From Cyanidioschyzon merolae (lineage: Eukaryota), in the NCBI GenBank assembly GCA_000091205.1, contig AP006490.2: a stretch of DNA of 64,000 nucleotides, one strand, 5' to 3'. The position numbers and the translations under genes were made by a program. The notes beneath the pieces were generated by a model that was not told the origin of the DNA, ran no database searches, and was given only the letters and a program-made list of their open reading frames with translations. The first letter of the stretch is position 1; each line of letters opens with the position of its first letter. This document shows positions 33,185 to 44,950 of this stretch, piece by piece.

Positions 33185-34537
33185 ATGGGTAAGGAAAAGA
33201 CGCACGTTTCCGTGGTGGTTATCGGTCACGTGGACTCGGGCAAGTCGACTACGACGGGTCACTTGATCTACAAGTGCGGCGGCATCGACAAGCGAACGAT
33301 CGAAAAGTTTGAGAAAGAGGCGAACGAAATGGGAAAAGGTTCGTTCAAGTACGCGTGGGTGCTGGATAAACTAAAGGCGGAACGGGAGCGAGGGATCACG
33401 ATCGATATCGCGCTGTGGAAGTTCGAGACGGACAAGTACTACTTCACGATCATCGACGCTCCTGGGCATCGTGACTTTATCAAGAACATGATCACGGGTA
33501 CGTCTCAGGCGGACCTTGCGATCTTGGTGGTTGCGTCTCCTCCTGGAGAGTTTGAGGCTGGTATCTCGTCGAACGGACAAACTCGTGAACACGCGCTGCT
33601 CGCGTACACGCTCGGTGTGAAGCAGATGATTGTGGCGGTGAACAAGATGGACGATAAGAACGTGAACTGGTCTCAGTCGCGTTATGATGAAATCACCAAA
33701 GAGTTGAACTTGTATTTGAAGAAGGTTGGCTACAACCCGGACAAGGTTCCCAAGGTACCAATCTCGGGCTGGACTGGCGACAACCTGTTCGAGCGAGTGC
33801 CATCGGACCATCCGCTTGCCAAGTGGTACAAGGGACCAGCCCTGCTGGAGGCGCTTGATGCCATCGAGCCTCCGAAGCGCCCCACCGAGAAGCCACTGCG
33901 TCTGCCCCTGCAGGATGTGTACAAGATCGGCGGTATTGGCACGGTGCCCGTCGGTCGGGTAGAGACGGGTATCCTGCGGCCAGGCATGGTGGTTACCTTC
34001 GCGCCCACTGGTCTGACGACTGAAGTCAAGTCAGTTGAAATGCATCACGAGTCACTCCCCGAGGCTGGGCCAGGTGACAACGTTGGCTTCAACGTCAAGA
34101 ACGTGAGTGTCAAGGAACTGAAGCGCGGCTTTGTATGCGGAGACAGCAAGAACGACCCACCCAAGGCCGCGGAGGACTTCAAGGCACAGGTCATCATTCT
34201 GAATCATCCGGGCGAGATCCGGGCCGGGTACGCGCCCGTTGTTGATTGCCATACTGCCCATATCGCCTGTCGGTTTGCGGAGCTCTTAGAGAAAATCGAT
34301 CGCCGCACCGGCAAGAAGATCGAAGAGAACCCTGAAAAGGTGAAAGCCGGCGATGCCTGCATGGTTCGAATGATTCCGTCCAAACCCATGTGTGTGGAAA
34401 CGTTTAGCGAGTATCCACCACTAGGGCGGTTTGCCGTTCGTGATATGCGCCAGACGGTGGCCGTAGGCGTCATCAAGGAGGTCAACAAGAAAGAGGCGGA
34501 AGGCAAAGTAACGAAAGCAGCAGCGAAGAAGGCATGA
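33185..34537 (+). CDS. EEF1A: Translation elongation factor 1-alpha (eEF1A)
   Basis: [46 protein letters not shown]... with GTP-binding motifs and the full eEF1A body (450 aa), single exon. TGA stop. Confidence 0.97.
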   Translation: MGKEKTHVSVVVIGHVDSGKSTTTGHLIYKCGGIDKRTIEKFEKEANEMGKGSFKYAWVLDKLKAERERGITIDIALWKFETDKYYFTIIDAPGHRDFIKNMITGTSQADLAILVVASPPGEFEAGISSNGQTREHALLAYTLGVKQMIVAVNKMDDKNVNWSQSRYDEITKELNLYLKKVGYNPDKVPKVPISGWTGDNLFERVPSDHPLAKWYKGPALLEALDAIEPPKRPTEKPLRLPLQDVYKIGGIGTVPVGRVETGILRPGMVVTFAPTGLTTEVKSVEMHHESLPEAGPGDNVGFNVKNVSVKELKRGFVCGDSKNDPPKAAEDFKAQVIILNHPGEIRAGYAPVVDCHTAHIACRFAELLEKIDRRTGKKIEENPEKVKAGDACMVRMIPSKPMCVETFSEYPPLGRFAVRDMRQTVAVGVIKEVNKKEAEGKVTKAAAKKA

Positions 34538-34597
34538 TCATGATACATAAAGGAATCTGAGAAGTGTATGCACAATGTGCCCATGTCCTCAGCACAT

Positions 34598-34619
34598 GTA
34601 AGTAGTAGTAGTAGTAGTA
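34598..34619. repeat. (AGT)7 trinucleotide microsatellite
   Basis: gtaagtagtagtagtagtagtac read directly just downstream of the eEF1A stop. Confidence 0.8.
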
Positions 34620-37439
34620 CGCCAGGAGAAATACGGAAATGTTCGCACCCTACTCCCGTTTCAGCTTACAACGGACCGAGTTCACGAACGGTGTCATACG
34701 CGCTAACGTCTGGGCATCCTGCTACGGGGCATCAACAGGGGCCTTTATTTGCTGTTTCTGCGTCGGCCCCGTGTCGTATTCCTCTCATCTCCTGCCTTTG
34801 AACGTGCTGGTCGCTCCGTTTTCTCCGGCTCTGTTGGGCACAGTCGAGGGCGGCTAATGGCAGCGTTCAGGTTCCGATATCGCCGCTTTCGGCTGTTGTC
34901 GACGCAGTTCACCTAGAGGCAGGCGTAGCGATCTACGCCTGGGTGCTCAGGTTCGCCATCTTTGTATACAGTCTAGGTGTGCTCTTCGCAACGGTAACAC
35001 TCGACACTAGTCAGATCATCCCATTTGTGTCCACTGCAACGCATCCGCCTCTATACGCCATCTGGTGGCGCTTGACGGCTTGCTTCGTCGCTCTGTACTT
35101 GCCCGTAAGGTATACAGAAGGCACCACTCGATATCCTGACGGTTTCCGCGCCCGATACGCTATGCCACGATCAAAGGTTTTCGCTGGGCGATGCATTCGG
35201 CGAGTCCGCAGTTGGCTGCACGCGCAAGAGCATGCTGTACCATTCGATGGCGGATTTGTGGAACTTGATTCTGTTGATGAGGAAGCAGGTACGGGAAGGA
35301 GTATCCGGGCTGGAGAACACGTCGAGACATTTCAATTCGTCTATGCTTCTTTTTTCGCCTCTGTGGCGCACGCTCTACTTGAAGCGATCGATGCAATGAC
35401 GCAAATCGAATTCCAGAACCCTTTTCCATGCAACCAGGAGAGTCGGGGGCCCTTCCGTCGACGTCCACAAAGAGAGATGCCTTTGTCTTTCCAACCGAAT
35501 TGATTACTAGACATGACAAGTTCAGTGAGCACACATGACGAACTTGTGAACAGCTCGCCGAGGGACGGAGTCGAATCATTTTCGTCGTGAAAACCGGCGG
35601 CGCTGATGGCTGCCCCTATTCGTTGGCTTGAAAACTAGAGTCCGAAATCAAGATACATGCTTGATTCGAGCTTGCTGCACGTCACGAAAGGACAAGTACG
35701 GAGGATTGTACGTATGCATTGGATGGTGATATCTGGTATTTTGCGCACCCTTGATCAAGATCTTTGCGAATCATCTCGACTCCAATGACGTAACGGAGTC
35801 CAGCAGCAACTCGTCGAATGAATCACTCCGGGAAATCCACCAAGCATCTTAACAATGCCTATGAAACCGTAACCCCATGTTGCTGTCCAGCGACTATCGA
35901 GACTGTCCATCGAAACCAATCTCGGAATAAAACGTCGTGCGGGGACAGGGCGTGCGCTTCAGGTTTCCATTGTAAGCTGACACGTGTTCCGGCATTTGTA
36001 TCCGAAACCAGGCAGCAGGGCGTTGACGTGTACCAAGCACCTCAGTTGCAAACCCCGAACCTGTGCAGCTACTGCCCATGATGACCATGATCCCCGCACC
36101 CACTTAAATATTGCGTTCTGACTCTGGTATCTCGACGCCACTGGCGCGCTCGTCCAGGTCGAATGGCTATCAGGTCGCTACGGAACCACAAGTCGTTACC
36201 GCGCTTTGGTCATGCCTATATCAGGCCGCACGGAGATAACGCGGCATCTCCTCAGCCGACACCGCTCCAGCGCCCCCCGTCGCAGTGCATTTGTAAACGC
36301 TGGAGCACGGGTGTCTGCATACGCGTCGCGGTTACCCATTGATACCAACCGAGCGTGCACTACCGCGTAGAATATTCGGAATCGGAACGCCACATTTACA
36401 ACAAGTCCTTCACCACAAGCCGTACCGCAAGTATCTAGAATCTCTAATGAGCAAAAGGGTATCTGATTGGGCCCTAGGACGACTCAGGATGACGCTGGGT
36501 GTACGAACCTGCCTTGCAGAGAGCCGCACCTGCCTCCGTGGCATCGTTGTGCTGTGACTACTGCTCGTGCAGTGCGCGATCGCACCGAAGAGGCCCACAC
36601 GATAGCTGCAGCCTCCATATATCCACGTGCTTCTGTGCATATCTCCTTGCACAGTGCAGCGTCAATTTGCAGGTGTGCATAGCGAGCAATTAGCGGAGAG
36701 TGTCTGTGCAGTGCAGCACGCCAAACGACTTGCCAACGAGTGATCGAGCGCTTCACGATCGGGATAGAGTGTGTTGAGGTGTCGTGCGTTGCTCGCGATG
36801 GGTATCGTGCTTCATCGAGCTGCGCAACGCGCACTGGCATACACATCGCATGGTTTGGTATTGGGCAGCATGCGACACATCCCCTGCATACGTTTGGCGC
36901 TAGTTTCTTCTGCAATACACGTTCGCTGCATGGCGGATATGCTTCGCAAAGCGGTGGCGGCGTCCAAAGATCGTTTGCGGTGCCGTTCCACCGCCAGCTC
37001 CCTTGGCGAAACCTTCTGGCGCGTTTGACGATATCGCAGCCGAAACAGTATCCGCAGCAGTCACGGTGCTCGTATCGGTACTGTTGATGCCTCCAGATCA
37101 GCTGCAATGATGACACCAGGCCGATGCGCGACTGTGTTGACTGCGGCGGCACTGGAGCAGGTCAAGCGACAGCGGACGCGGGGAGCCTCACGGCGACGCG
37201 TGCTCGTCGTCATTGCCACACGCGAAGGTCCATGATTTCACTCGTTGCCGCTCAGCTTCACTGCAACAGACCTGCCCGCTACGCGCTGTCTCTCGGTCGA
37301 CTGAATGCTGGGACGAATTCCCGGGCCTCTGCGTTCACCGTACAGTCCATGTCGGGCTTTGCATGCCGCGCTGTCGCTGTGTACAGCGAGCTCGTGCATA
37401 TGAGCAGTGCGTTCGCACTGCGCGGATGTCGGGAAAGCA

Positions 37440-38171
37440 TCAGGAATTACCGTTGCCAACCAGGCGTCGTCCGCTGAAGCTGAACGCCTGAGCACCATCA
37501 TCCAGCGCATTGCGTTCCTCGTCGTCACTGTCACTCAGCGACTCGAGTTCACTTGCACTACCATTGGATGCCGCCCTGGTCGTATCGTGCGCCGAATCAG
37601 CGGCAGCGTTCGCAGTCGCACCCTTAGATGAAGAGGCCAGGGAGGATGTGCTCGGTTGGGCACTCCGGCTCTGCTGATGGCGACGCAGCGCCTGCGTTCT
37701 TGACGCCACTGGATAGTCCTCCTCGCGTGCATATCGATTCACGAATTCTCTCACTTTCTGTTGGAAACGCTGTGGCTCACGAAGATGCAGTGCCGCCGCT
37801 TCGCCGTTCAGAGGGTCCTGGCTGTTCGGATACGTGAGCAGCTGCGGTAGGAAAACCTCGAAAACGTTCAAAAGATCGAAGAGCGGCGACCAGGTCTGGT
37901 TAATCACATCCAAGCACACAGACCCACTCATCTGGTCGATGTTCGGATGATAGATAGCGTTCACGAAGCCGATACTTGGAGACTTGTATGGGTAGGCCTC
38001 GGGGAGCTCCACGTGTACCTTCCAGACACCGCCTTCGTAGGGCGTGTCCTTGGGACCCCGAAACTTCACGTAAAACTCCGCGTTGGAGTCCTCGTTCGCC
38101 ATTTCCACCTCGTAGTCCGCCATGACCAACTTCATTATGTCCATTTCGCGACGTCTTCCCGGAGACGACAT
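37440..38171 (-). CDS. Ubiquitin-conjugating enzyme E2, UBE2H-like
   Basis: [22 protein letters not shown]...[87 protein letters not shown] is a near-colinear match to human UBE2H from its MSSPGKRR start. The ORF track extends to 38255, but the homology-supported ATG is at 38169-38171. TGA stop. Confidence 0.85.
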   Translation of the reverse strand: MSSPGRRREMDIMKLVMADYEVEMANEDSNAEFYVKFRGPKDTPYEGGVWKVHVELPEAYPYKSPSIGFVNAIYHPNIDQMSGSVCLDVINQTWSPLFDLLNVFEVFLPQLLTYPNSQDPLNGEAAALHLREPQRFQQKVREFVNRYAREEDYPVASRTQALRRHQQSRSAQPSTSSLASSSKGATANAAADSAHDTTRAASNGSASELESLSDSDDEERNALDDGAQAFSFSGRRLVGNGNS

Positions 38172-38264
38172 GCTCGTGACAACGCAGAAAGTACTGGGCT
38201 TTCGCAAGTCCGTGCGCACTGGCCAACCTTTTTTTAGTTCTCCAAGCAGTTTCACCTATGCACC

Positions 38265-40330
38265 CTGAAAATAAACGTCTTTCTAAGGAAAAACGCTGCC
38301 ACCGGCGGGCGCAATACAGTCTTGGCGAGAAACCCGCCCTGGACAAGACTTCTCCAACTGACGTGCAGACGCCTGCCAGCCTTTCTGGAACGGGCACCCA
38401 CTACTGCTTCCAATTCTTTCTCATATAGTTCCATTTTGAGAGGCTGTCCGACAAAATGCTCTCTTGTCTACGCTGAAGGTCTGTTCTCCATCACCGCACA
38501 TCGCCTTCAATGGATAGCGGTATTTACGTCCCGGTTCTCAAACTCCATACGTTTCTTGTTATTGATCGTACTTACTGATGCAAGTTGTCCACGAACTTTT
38601 GCCATCCTTTCCATTTGCTCTTCCGTTAGCTGTTCGTACTTTTTTATATCTTCAGGGCTCCGCTCGCACTTTTTCATCTCAACTCTCTGGCGTGTACAAC
38701 CCAGTTCGTGGTTTGTATACGATGCCCGGAACTCATCGATGGGTATCGTAACGAAACGCCTTGCGCACTCTCTGAATGTTCTTGTCGTTGGAGCTGGCCT
38801 AGTCCCTTTTTGGGTCTTCCAGCGCCCTGCTCGGTACACTACTAAAAGCCTCTGACTGTCCTCCTCCTTCAAGGCGCTCAACCCATTGAAAAAGTTTGCG
38901 AACGCCCGCTGCATCCCCCAGTACAATTTCATAATGAAAAGAGAACACCGGGGCTTTGTATATTCTTTCCACAGCGCCTCCCAATGGGCAACACGAACTT
39001 CCATGAATTTCCGAAAAGCTTCCTAGGCCGCTCCGCGGCTCGTCACCTCGCTCAAAGCTTCCAGGTGATCATTCATTCCTGCATTCTACGTCTCGATTTT
39101 CTTGCTTGCATTCATGATTCCCGATTCTCGATGGTATCTCGCTCTCGAGAATCTCAACAGACGCATGTCTTTCTGAGGCAAGTTACCGTCAATGCCATCT
39201 TCCGCACGCTTGGGTACTGCGATGGTTACGATATTCGTGTTCCCGGGGTCCGCGCCAACGACAAGGTCGTTATCCTGGGGATTATACATTTCAGGGCCCA
39301 CCTCCATCTTATCTTCATGCTTCGTCACGGGCGAAGCGCAAGGCGCGATGGGACGATCCACCTTCAACCTCCGATACTGTACACACATGGCTACTCCATC
39401 GGTTTCGATCATCCCAGCGAATACCTTTTATTTGCTCACTTTGGGACGTTTGAAATCGAAGATATTCTTCCAGTACGTCTCACGGTTTTCACCGGGGAAC
39501 TCTGTCTTCCTTACATCGAACTCCGGACAGATCTCCCTCATGATGCCTTGAAGGACTCTGGAGCCGATGGTCACACAGTGTGACTCGATGTTGTTCAACG
39601 GAACGACGTTAAATTGCTTCCCCATTAGGAAAGCCTTTCGTATCTCCGACGCTTCATTTTTCTCCTCACTCAGCTTCATCTATGCCTCGCGTTCCAGTCC
39701 TCGGTCCAGGAACACGAAATAGCGCAGGATGAGGCGATCGTATCTTTTCTTATCTTTTTTTTCATCTCTGATAACTTTTCTGTTCGGTTCGCCAGCCCCA
39801 GTACCGCACGATGCTCTTGTATAACCCAACGGATTACAGGAGCTTCATTCTTTCTCCTGCGTGATGTCTTCTTGTCGAAGAATTCGATCTCCTGTTCATT
39901 CTGGCAATCCTTCGTGATGCCATTGATAATCGCCCATATTCCTTTGCGAGCGATGCCCGGGTAGAGTGCATAGACGGAGCGTTTCATGAAGCGTTCGAGG
40001 TTCATCGTCAAATGGTTCTTCAGGTCCGTATGGTACTTGATCGTCCCGTAGGTTTAAAGATCCGAATCACCCCTGTATCGTGTACCCTCAGGGCGGTACT
40101 CGGCGTGATTCTCGTGGAGGGCATGAACCCGCTCATTTCCCCTCCGCGTTTCCCCTGTGCCAAGCATCAGGCGACAAATCAAGGTCCTGTCGAAAACGCT
40201 TTCGAAATCTCGACTGGTTTGATGTCCGTCACTGCTGCTGTGCCAGGGAAACTTCGTGCGCCTGATCGCACGCTGGAATGTGTTGTCGACGGGGCGCACT
40301 TCGGTGCAATGGATGGAACGTTGCGGAGCG
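38265..40330 (-). mobile_element. TnpB/Fanzor-like element, copy 2 (inverted, frameshifted/degraded, single repeat unit). Boundaries are approximate
   Basis: Minus-strand ORF pieces 40054..40299, 39676..40011, 39428..39679, 39086..39412, 38507..39004 and 38252..38434 are colinear with copy 1 protein (LMLGTGE..., [11 protein letters not shown]..., [69 protein letters not shown]..., [23 protein letters not shown]). Conserved 3' tail is present. Confidence 0.65.
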
Positions 40331-40533
40331 GAACGCTGACAACATCTCCGTTCGGGCGCACAGGAACGACGCGATGCTTGGCAATGACCGCTGTCTGTTT
40401 CGACTTATCGGTCTGCGTAAGCGGATGTAACCAAACGGCACCGAAAATGATACAGGAGCGAGCGCACGATCCGCTCGCGCCCTGCGGGGGTCCGTTGCTC
40501 CCCTGCGATGCCCTCTAGCGATGCCCGTTGTCT

Positions 40534-42717
40534 TTACGCTGCATTCCCCGATTCTCTTTTCGCGAAAAGCTCGTACTCAACCTCTAGACTATCGTTTGTG
40601 GGATAGTCGGCTACAACCCGCTCGTACAAGTAGAGCGCATTCTCGTTCGTGACACTCTCGTCGATGTAGGCGCGTGCCTCGCGCAGCAGACGTGCGCTAT
40701 CTCGAGACAGACCCCACAGATGCAGCCGAATACCATAGCTCCTATACTGACGGGCTAGGGAGTCTAGCGCCTCTAGCGCTGTCGCGTCCCAGATGCGGCT
40801 ACCAGAGAAGTCGATGATCACGTGCTCATGGCCTTCGGCACGATCCCGTGCTGGGTCGAACAGACGACTGAAGCGCTCCGCCGTGCCAAAGAACAGCGGA
40901 CCGTCAATCCGGTATCCCCGCCATCCGCGCGTTTGCTCGTCCTCCGAAATAAAGCTCTGGGCGGTAATGCGTCGCGACGCTTTATAGGCAAAGACCAGCG
41001 CCGAGAATACCACACCAAACAGGACCGCCAGGGCGACGTTGCGCGTTGCTACAGTCATCAGGGCAACGCTCACAATGGTCAGCGAATCAGCGAGAGGTAT
41101 GGCACGAAACAAGCGCAGCGATGCCCATTCGAATGAGCCCAGCGCCACCAGCACCATAAGGCTTGCAATGGCTGGGACGGGAATCCGAATCATCAGTCCG
41201 CTCGGATTTCTCGCCAACACGAGAAGACACAGCGCCGCAGTCAGTCCAGAGAGACGCCCGCGTCCCCCTGATTTCGTGTTCAGAAGCGACTGGCCCAGGA
41301 GGCCGCAGCCGCCCACGCCACCGAATAAGCCCGCGGCGATATTCCCTGCCCCAAGCGCTAGACACTCCCGACGCGTGCTACCCCGCGATTCCGTGACTTC
41401 GTCTACCAAAGTCATGGTTAAAAGAGATTCCAAAAGACCGATGAATGCGAGACCAAGCGCGGTGCTCAGAATGGCCATCCATGCCAGCGGTGTTGACGGC
41501 AGGGCTGCCCAGGATACGCCAATGGCCCCTGACTGTGCCAGCGTGTCGCGCAAAAAGTCGCCAAGCCGCCGCACAGGCGCTTGCGTCACCTCCGCATAAA
41601 TGGATGCCACGAGGATGCCCGCTAGTGGGCTTGGGAGCCAACGCAACAGCTCAGCGAGGCGGTGCTGCCACCGATGGGTACTATCGGGGCGCCGGCGCTC
41701 TAGTCGCTGAATGATCAAGGGCCATACATGGGCGACTCCAGCGGCGAGCGCTGCGACGATCAACGCTGCACGCAACATGTTACCCTGGAGCCAGGGTGCG
41801 CCCGGGCTCAGCCCGGTTCCCGCTGGAAGCTGAAACGCATAGACCTGACTTGTCGCCGTCAAGATGGCGATGCCGCTGATGAATCCCAGAAAGGTAGGGT
41901 ACGATATCAGCCGCACAAACTTTCCCAAACGATAGATCCCGAAGAAAAGCTGGAGTATACCGCTGAGCACCACGGCGGCAGCGACCGCTGCTGCGCCGTA
42001 CTGTTGATAGAGAGGCGCTTGCAGAATAATGAGCGCTGCAGATGTTCCCGAGATCATGCCAGGGCGTCCTCCCAGTGCGGCAGTTATCGCACACAGGAGA
42101 CCAGTCGAGACGATTCCAGCGAGCGGCGGCACGCCCGTGGCCAACGCGCAAGACGCCGCCGCAGGCAGCAGCGCCATCGCCACCGTAATGCCCGCCAGCA
42201 CTTCCTCTACCGTCGAGCGTAGCGGATAGCGCGCTGTGCGTTCGTCCAAAATCCGACGCTCTCCAACGAAATAGCGCCCGATATCCTCACGTGGTGCAAC
42301 GAGCGGGAAGAGCCCTCGCTCACCAGGCTTGGGACGGTGCCTCGCTTCGGCGTCGGGGGTACCCCCTGGCGCCGAACCTGTCCCCCGTACGCGAGCAAGT
42401 GCTCCGCAGCGCGTACGCCGCCTCGCGCGGAACCCAGGCACCACCAGCGAGTTGCACTGGCTCCGGTTCCGTACGACGAAACGTACGCCGCTACCGCTGA
42501 AGGTATTCGTTACTATGAAACCGCCTAAAGCATTCTCAACGCCCATGTTCCGACGAAAGTACCTTGCGTGTCCAGTGAACAGGCAGTGCACAACAAGGCG
42601 CTCGTGCATTGCCGATGCTTCCGACGCGAGCGCTGAGATCCGTACATGCAATCTCGGATGGCGGGCAGTTTGATCTCCGCATGAATCTATAATGTGGGGA
42701 GTATCGGGCATTCGCAA
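40534..42717 (-). CDS. SulP-family sulfate/anion transporter. The about 150-aa N-terminal part of the ORF is probably upstream non-coding read-through, with the true start at an internal Met
   Basis: Multi-TM core (TVEEVLAGITVAMALLPAAASCALATGVPPLAGIVSTG...GGRPGMISGTSAALIIL...) plus C-terminal STAS-like region (YRIDGPLFFGTAERF...VIIDFSGSRIWDATALEALDSLARQY). TAA stop. Confidence 0.8.
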   Translation of the reverse strand: MRMPDTPHIIDSCGDQTARHPRLHVRISALASEASAMHERLVVHCLFTGHARYFRRNMGVENALGGFIVTNTFSGSGVRFVVRNRSQCNSLVVPGFRARRRTRCGALARVRGTGSAPGGTPDAEARHRPKPGERGLFPLVAPREDIGRYFVGERRILDERTARYPLRSTVEEVLAGITVAMALLPAAASCALATGVPPLAGIVSTGLLCAITAALGGRPGMISGTSAALIILQAPLYQQYGAAAVAAAVVLSGILQLFFGIYRLGKFVRLISYPTFLGFISGIAILTATSQVYAFQLPAGTGLSPGAPWLQGNMLRAALIVAALAAGVAHVWPLIIQRLERRRPDSTHRWQHRLAELLRWLPSPLAGILVASIYAEVTQAPVRRLGDFLRDTLAQSGAIGVSWAALPSTPLAWMAILSTALGLAFIGLLESLLTMTLVDEVTESRGSTRRECLALGAGNIAAGLFGGVGGCGLLGQSLLNTKSGGRGRLSGLTAALCLLVLARNPSGLMIRIPVPAIASLMVLVALGSFEWASLRLFRAIPLADSLTIVSVALMTVATRNVALAVLFGVVFSALVFAYKASRRITAQSFISEDEQTRGWRGYRIDGPLFFGTAERFSRLFDPARDRAEGHEHVIIDFSGSRIWDATALEALDSLARQYRSYGIRLHLWGLSRDSARLLREARAYIDESVTNENALYLYERVVADYPTNDSLEVEYELFAKRESGNAA

Positions 42718-43345
42718 TTTTTTTTTCAGTGAGTTGAGTGCCTTGAAGGAGGATGAAAGTCAAAGGCTCGTAGTAGCGTACGAAGCAAGGCGCTGGACGA
42801 CCCAACAAGGGTGTACACCAGATCCCACGACGAGAACGTATACGGAGTGCGCAAGGCGTTTTGTTATAATACCGGTAGATGGATTTCGAGCATTGTATAC
42901 ACACCATGAACTGGGCTGTACACTTCAGAGGGTCGAGATGGAAAAGTGCCAGCGGGGACCTGAGGATATAAAAAAAGTACGGACCGCTGACAGAAGAGCA
43001 AATGGAAAGGATAGCGAAAGTTCGAGGATTGCTTGCGTTAGTAAGTACAATCAACGGCAAGAAACGTATGGAGTTTGTGAACCGAGACTTTAACGCCGCA
43101 ATCAATATAAGGAAATGTGCGGTGAGAGAGGAAAGACCTCTCGGGTCGACGAGAGAGAATTTTGGAGGAAAACCGCTCAAAGTTAAACTATATGAGAAAA
43201 AGTTTGAAGCAGTAGTAGGTGGCCGGTCCAAAAAGACGGGCAGGCTTCTGCACATCAGTCGGAGACATTTCTTCTAGGGCGGCCCGGTCGCCACTACTGT
43301 ACACCGCTGGCGTCGTTCGCCTCCTGAACAGCGTTCGGTGTCGGC
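42715..43345 (+). mobile_element. TnpB/Fanzor-like element, copy 3. A 5'-truncated 3' fragment that begins at a poly-T tract
   Basis: About 90% nucleotide identity to copy 1 positions about 16962-17590. Encodes [20 protein letters not shown]... and [19 protein letters not shown] with frameshifts. Conserved post-stop tail is present. Confidence 0.65.
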
Positions 43346-43375
43346 GATGGCGATGGCGATGGCTTTCCAGGCTCC

Positions 43376-44950
43376 CTAAAACAATTTGTTGAACACCTGC
43401 AAACCTAATTCGATAGCGATGAGCGCTACAATTGCTCTTTCAACGCGATGGGTGGTAGAGGTCGCCAGTTCACTATTCAGCAGCGCTAAAGAATCCTGTA
43501 CAATATCCATGCGCTTATCCAAAAGTCGTGCTCGCTTCTGTAGATCAACAACCTGAACACTCTGATTATAAACAGTTTCACTGCTGGGGTACTCCCAGAA
43601 AATCTCCGGGGTATCCAGGATATCTGAGAGCAGTGCGACCGAGTATTTGGCGGTGAGAAGCTGACCGATGCGTCGACGAAGATCGTCTTGGGCCACTGTG
43701 CGGAAGCGCCCGTATTTCGCGAGCTCTTCCGGCAGGCGTCGCGTCTCTTCCACCAGTCGATCAATGCTCAGCTCAAATACGAGCAATTTAACGCTCTGTG
43801 CGAGCCCAAAAGAGATCGCGAGCATACTCAAAGCGTCCGCATAATCATGCAGAAAAATACGGTCGTTGCGGAACTGAGTCAGCGAGTTGGGTATGCGCTC
43901 TTGATTTCGAGACAGCGGCGCCTGCAGCGCTGGACGAAGCTTCGCACGACCAAGGGCAGACGGCATCGGCAGTGCATGCTCAGCGGTCGCCAATCGATTC
44001 GGGGAGGCTGGCGCTGCGCTCGCCGCAAGTGCGGCACCCCCAGAGGGCGAAGTTCCATCCGGTGCATCGCTTAGAGTGTCGGTGCTGGACTGTGCGCTGT
44101 CCATGAGGTATGAAAATTCAAACTCATGGTCGAACTCCTCGAAGGTGACATTGGAATTGTAGCCGGGTTGTATGTCGCATCGACGTGCCAAGCGCAGCAA
44201 CTCCCGCCGCGTCTCCTCGTCCACATCCCAGAACACTGCTGCGCCTGACTCGAAGAAAAACACATGACCATCGGCATGTGGCATTCGGACCTGCTCCTGA
44301 CGAGTCGCAGGCCGCACCCGACAATGCAGTACGTCCCGGGAAAGGGTACTCGCATCCACGGTGGTGACCAGTGGGACCGAGCGAAGCAGGTCGCGCAGTT
44401 CTTCCAAGCGATACCCCGAAGCGAGGCAGTAAGCAGCACATATGCGTACTGCCTCGCCAGACGACCCGGAACGGGCCTTTGTTTTCCGCTGTTTATGAAC
44501 CCGCAGTGTGCTAGGCGAGCTTGGCGGTGGAGGCGGCGGCGGCGGTGGTGCAGCGGGCGTCGAGATGCCACCAACATCGACAACACTCGCCGTCGCCAGC
44601 GCTGCAACCTGTAAAGCAGTGCCGTGCGACTGCATCGCTGCAGTGCACGGCGTGTCGGCAGGCACATGGACACGCAACCACCACTGCGTGTGTTTTCTAA
44701 GGTAACTGGACAGCGTCCGCTTCTGAAGCGAATCCGTCCATGTTCGCCGGAATCCATTGGACGGGTAACCTAGATCTGAAGAGAAGCGAGCTTGCAGCTG
44801 CAAGATCCAGTTAATTCCCCCCTGTCGTCTGCACGCTTCACCAGAGCTGGTGGTCGAACACGTTCCAGCCCAGCGCCCGAGCCGCTGGTGCCGCAGTATC
44901 GCGCAGCAGCGCCCCGCAGTTCGTACAGCGCCTATTAATGCAGAGTTCAT
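43376..44950 (-). CDS. RMND1/DUF155-family protein (required for meiotic nuclear division 1 / Sif2-like, mitochondrial)
   Basis: Pattern ICAAYCLASGYRLEELRDLL...HVFFFESGAAVFWDVDEE... and a C-terminal amphipathic/TM tail are typical of DUF155. A poly-Pro tract is encoded by the GGC repeat at 44520-44545. Identification is by remembered family pattern only. Confidence 0.5.
   Translation of the reverse strand: MNSALIGAVRTAGRCCAILRHQRLGRWAGTCSTTSSGEACRRQGGINWILQLQARFSSDLGYPSNGFRRTWTDSLQKRTLSSYLRKHTQWWLRVHVPADTPCTAAMQSHGTALQVAALATASVVDVGGISTPAAPPPPPPPPPSSPSTLRVHKQRKTKARSGSSGEAVRICAAYCLASGYRLEELRDLLRSVPLVTTVDASTLSRDVLHCRVRPATRQEQVRMPHADGHVFFFESGAAVFWDVDEETRRELLRLARRCDIQPGYNSNVTFEEFDHEFEFSYLMDSAQSSTDTLSDAPDGTSPSGGAALAASAAPASPNRLATAEHALPMPSALGRAKLRPALQAPLSRNQERIPNSLTQFRNDRIFLHDYADALSMLAISFGLAQSVKLLVFELSIDRLVEETRRLPEELAKYGRFRTVAQDDLRRRIGQLLTAKYSVALLSDILDTPEIFWEYPSSETVYNQSVQVVDLQKRARLLDKRMDIVQDSLALLNSELATSTTHRVERAIVALIAIELGLQVFNKLF

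Noticed and set aside
44508-44705. Poly-Gly ORF on the plus strand (GGGGGGGAAG)
   Set aside because: It is antisense to the poly-Pro tract of the RMND1-like gene, produced by a GGC/GCC microsatellite. It is not an independent gene.
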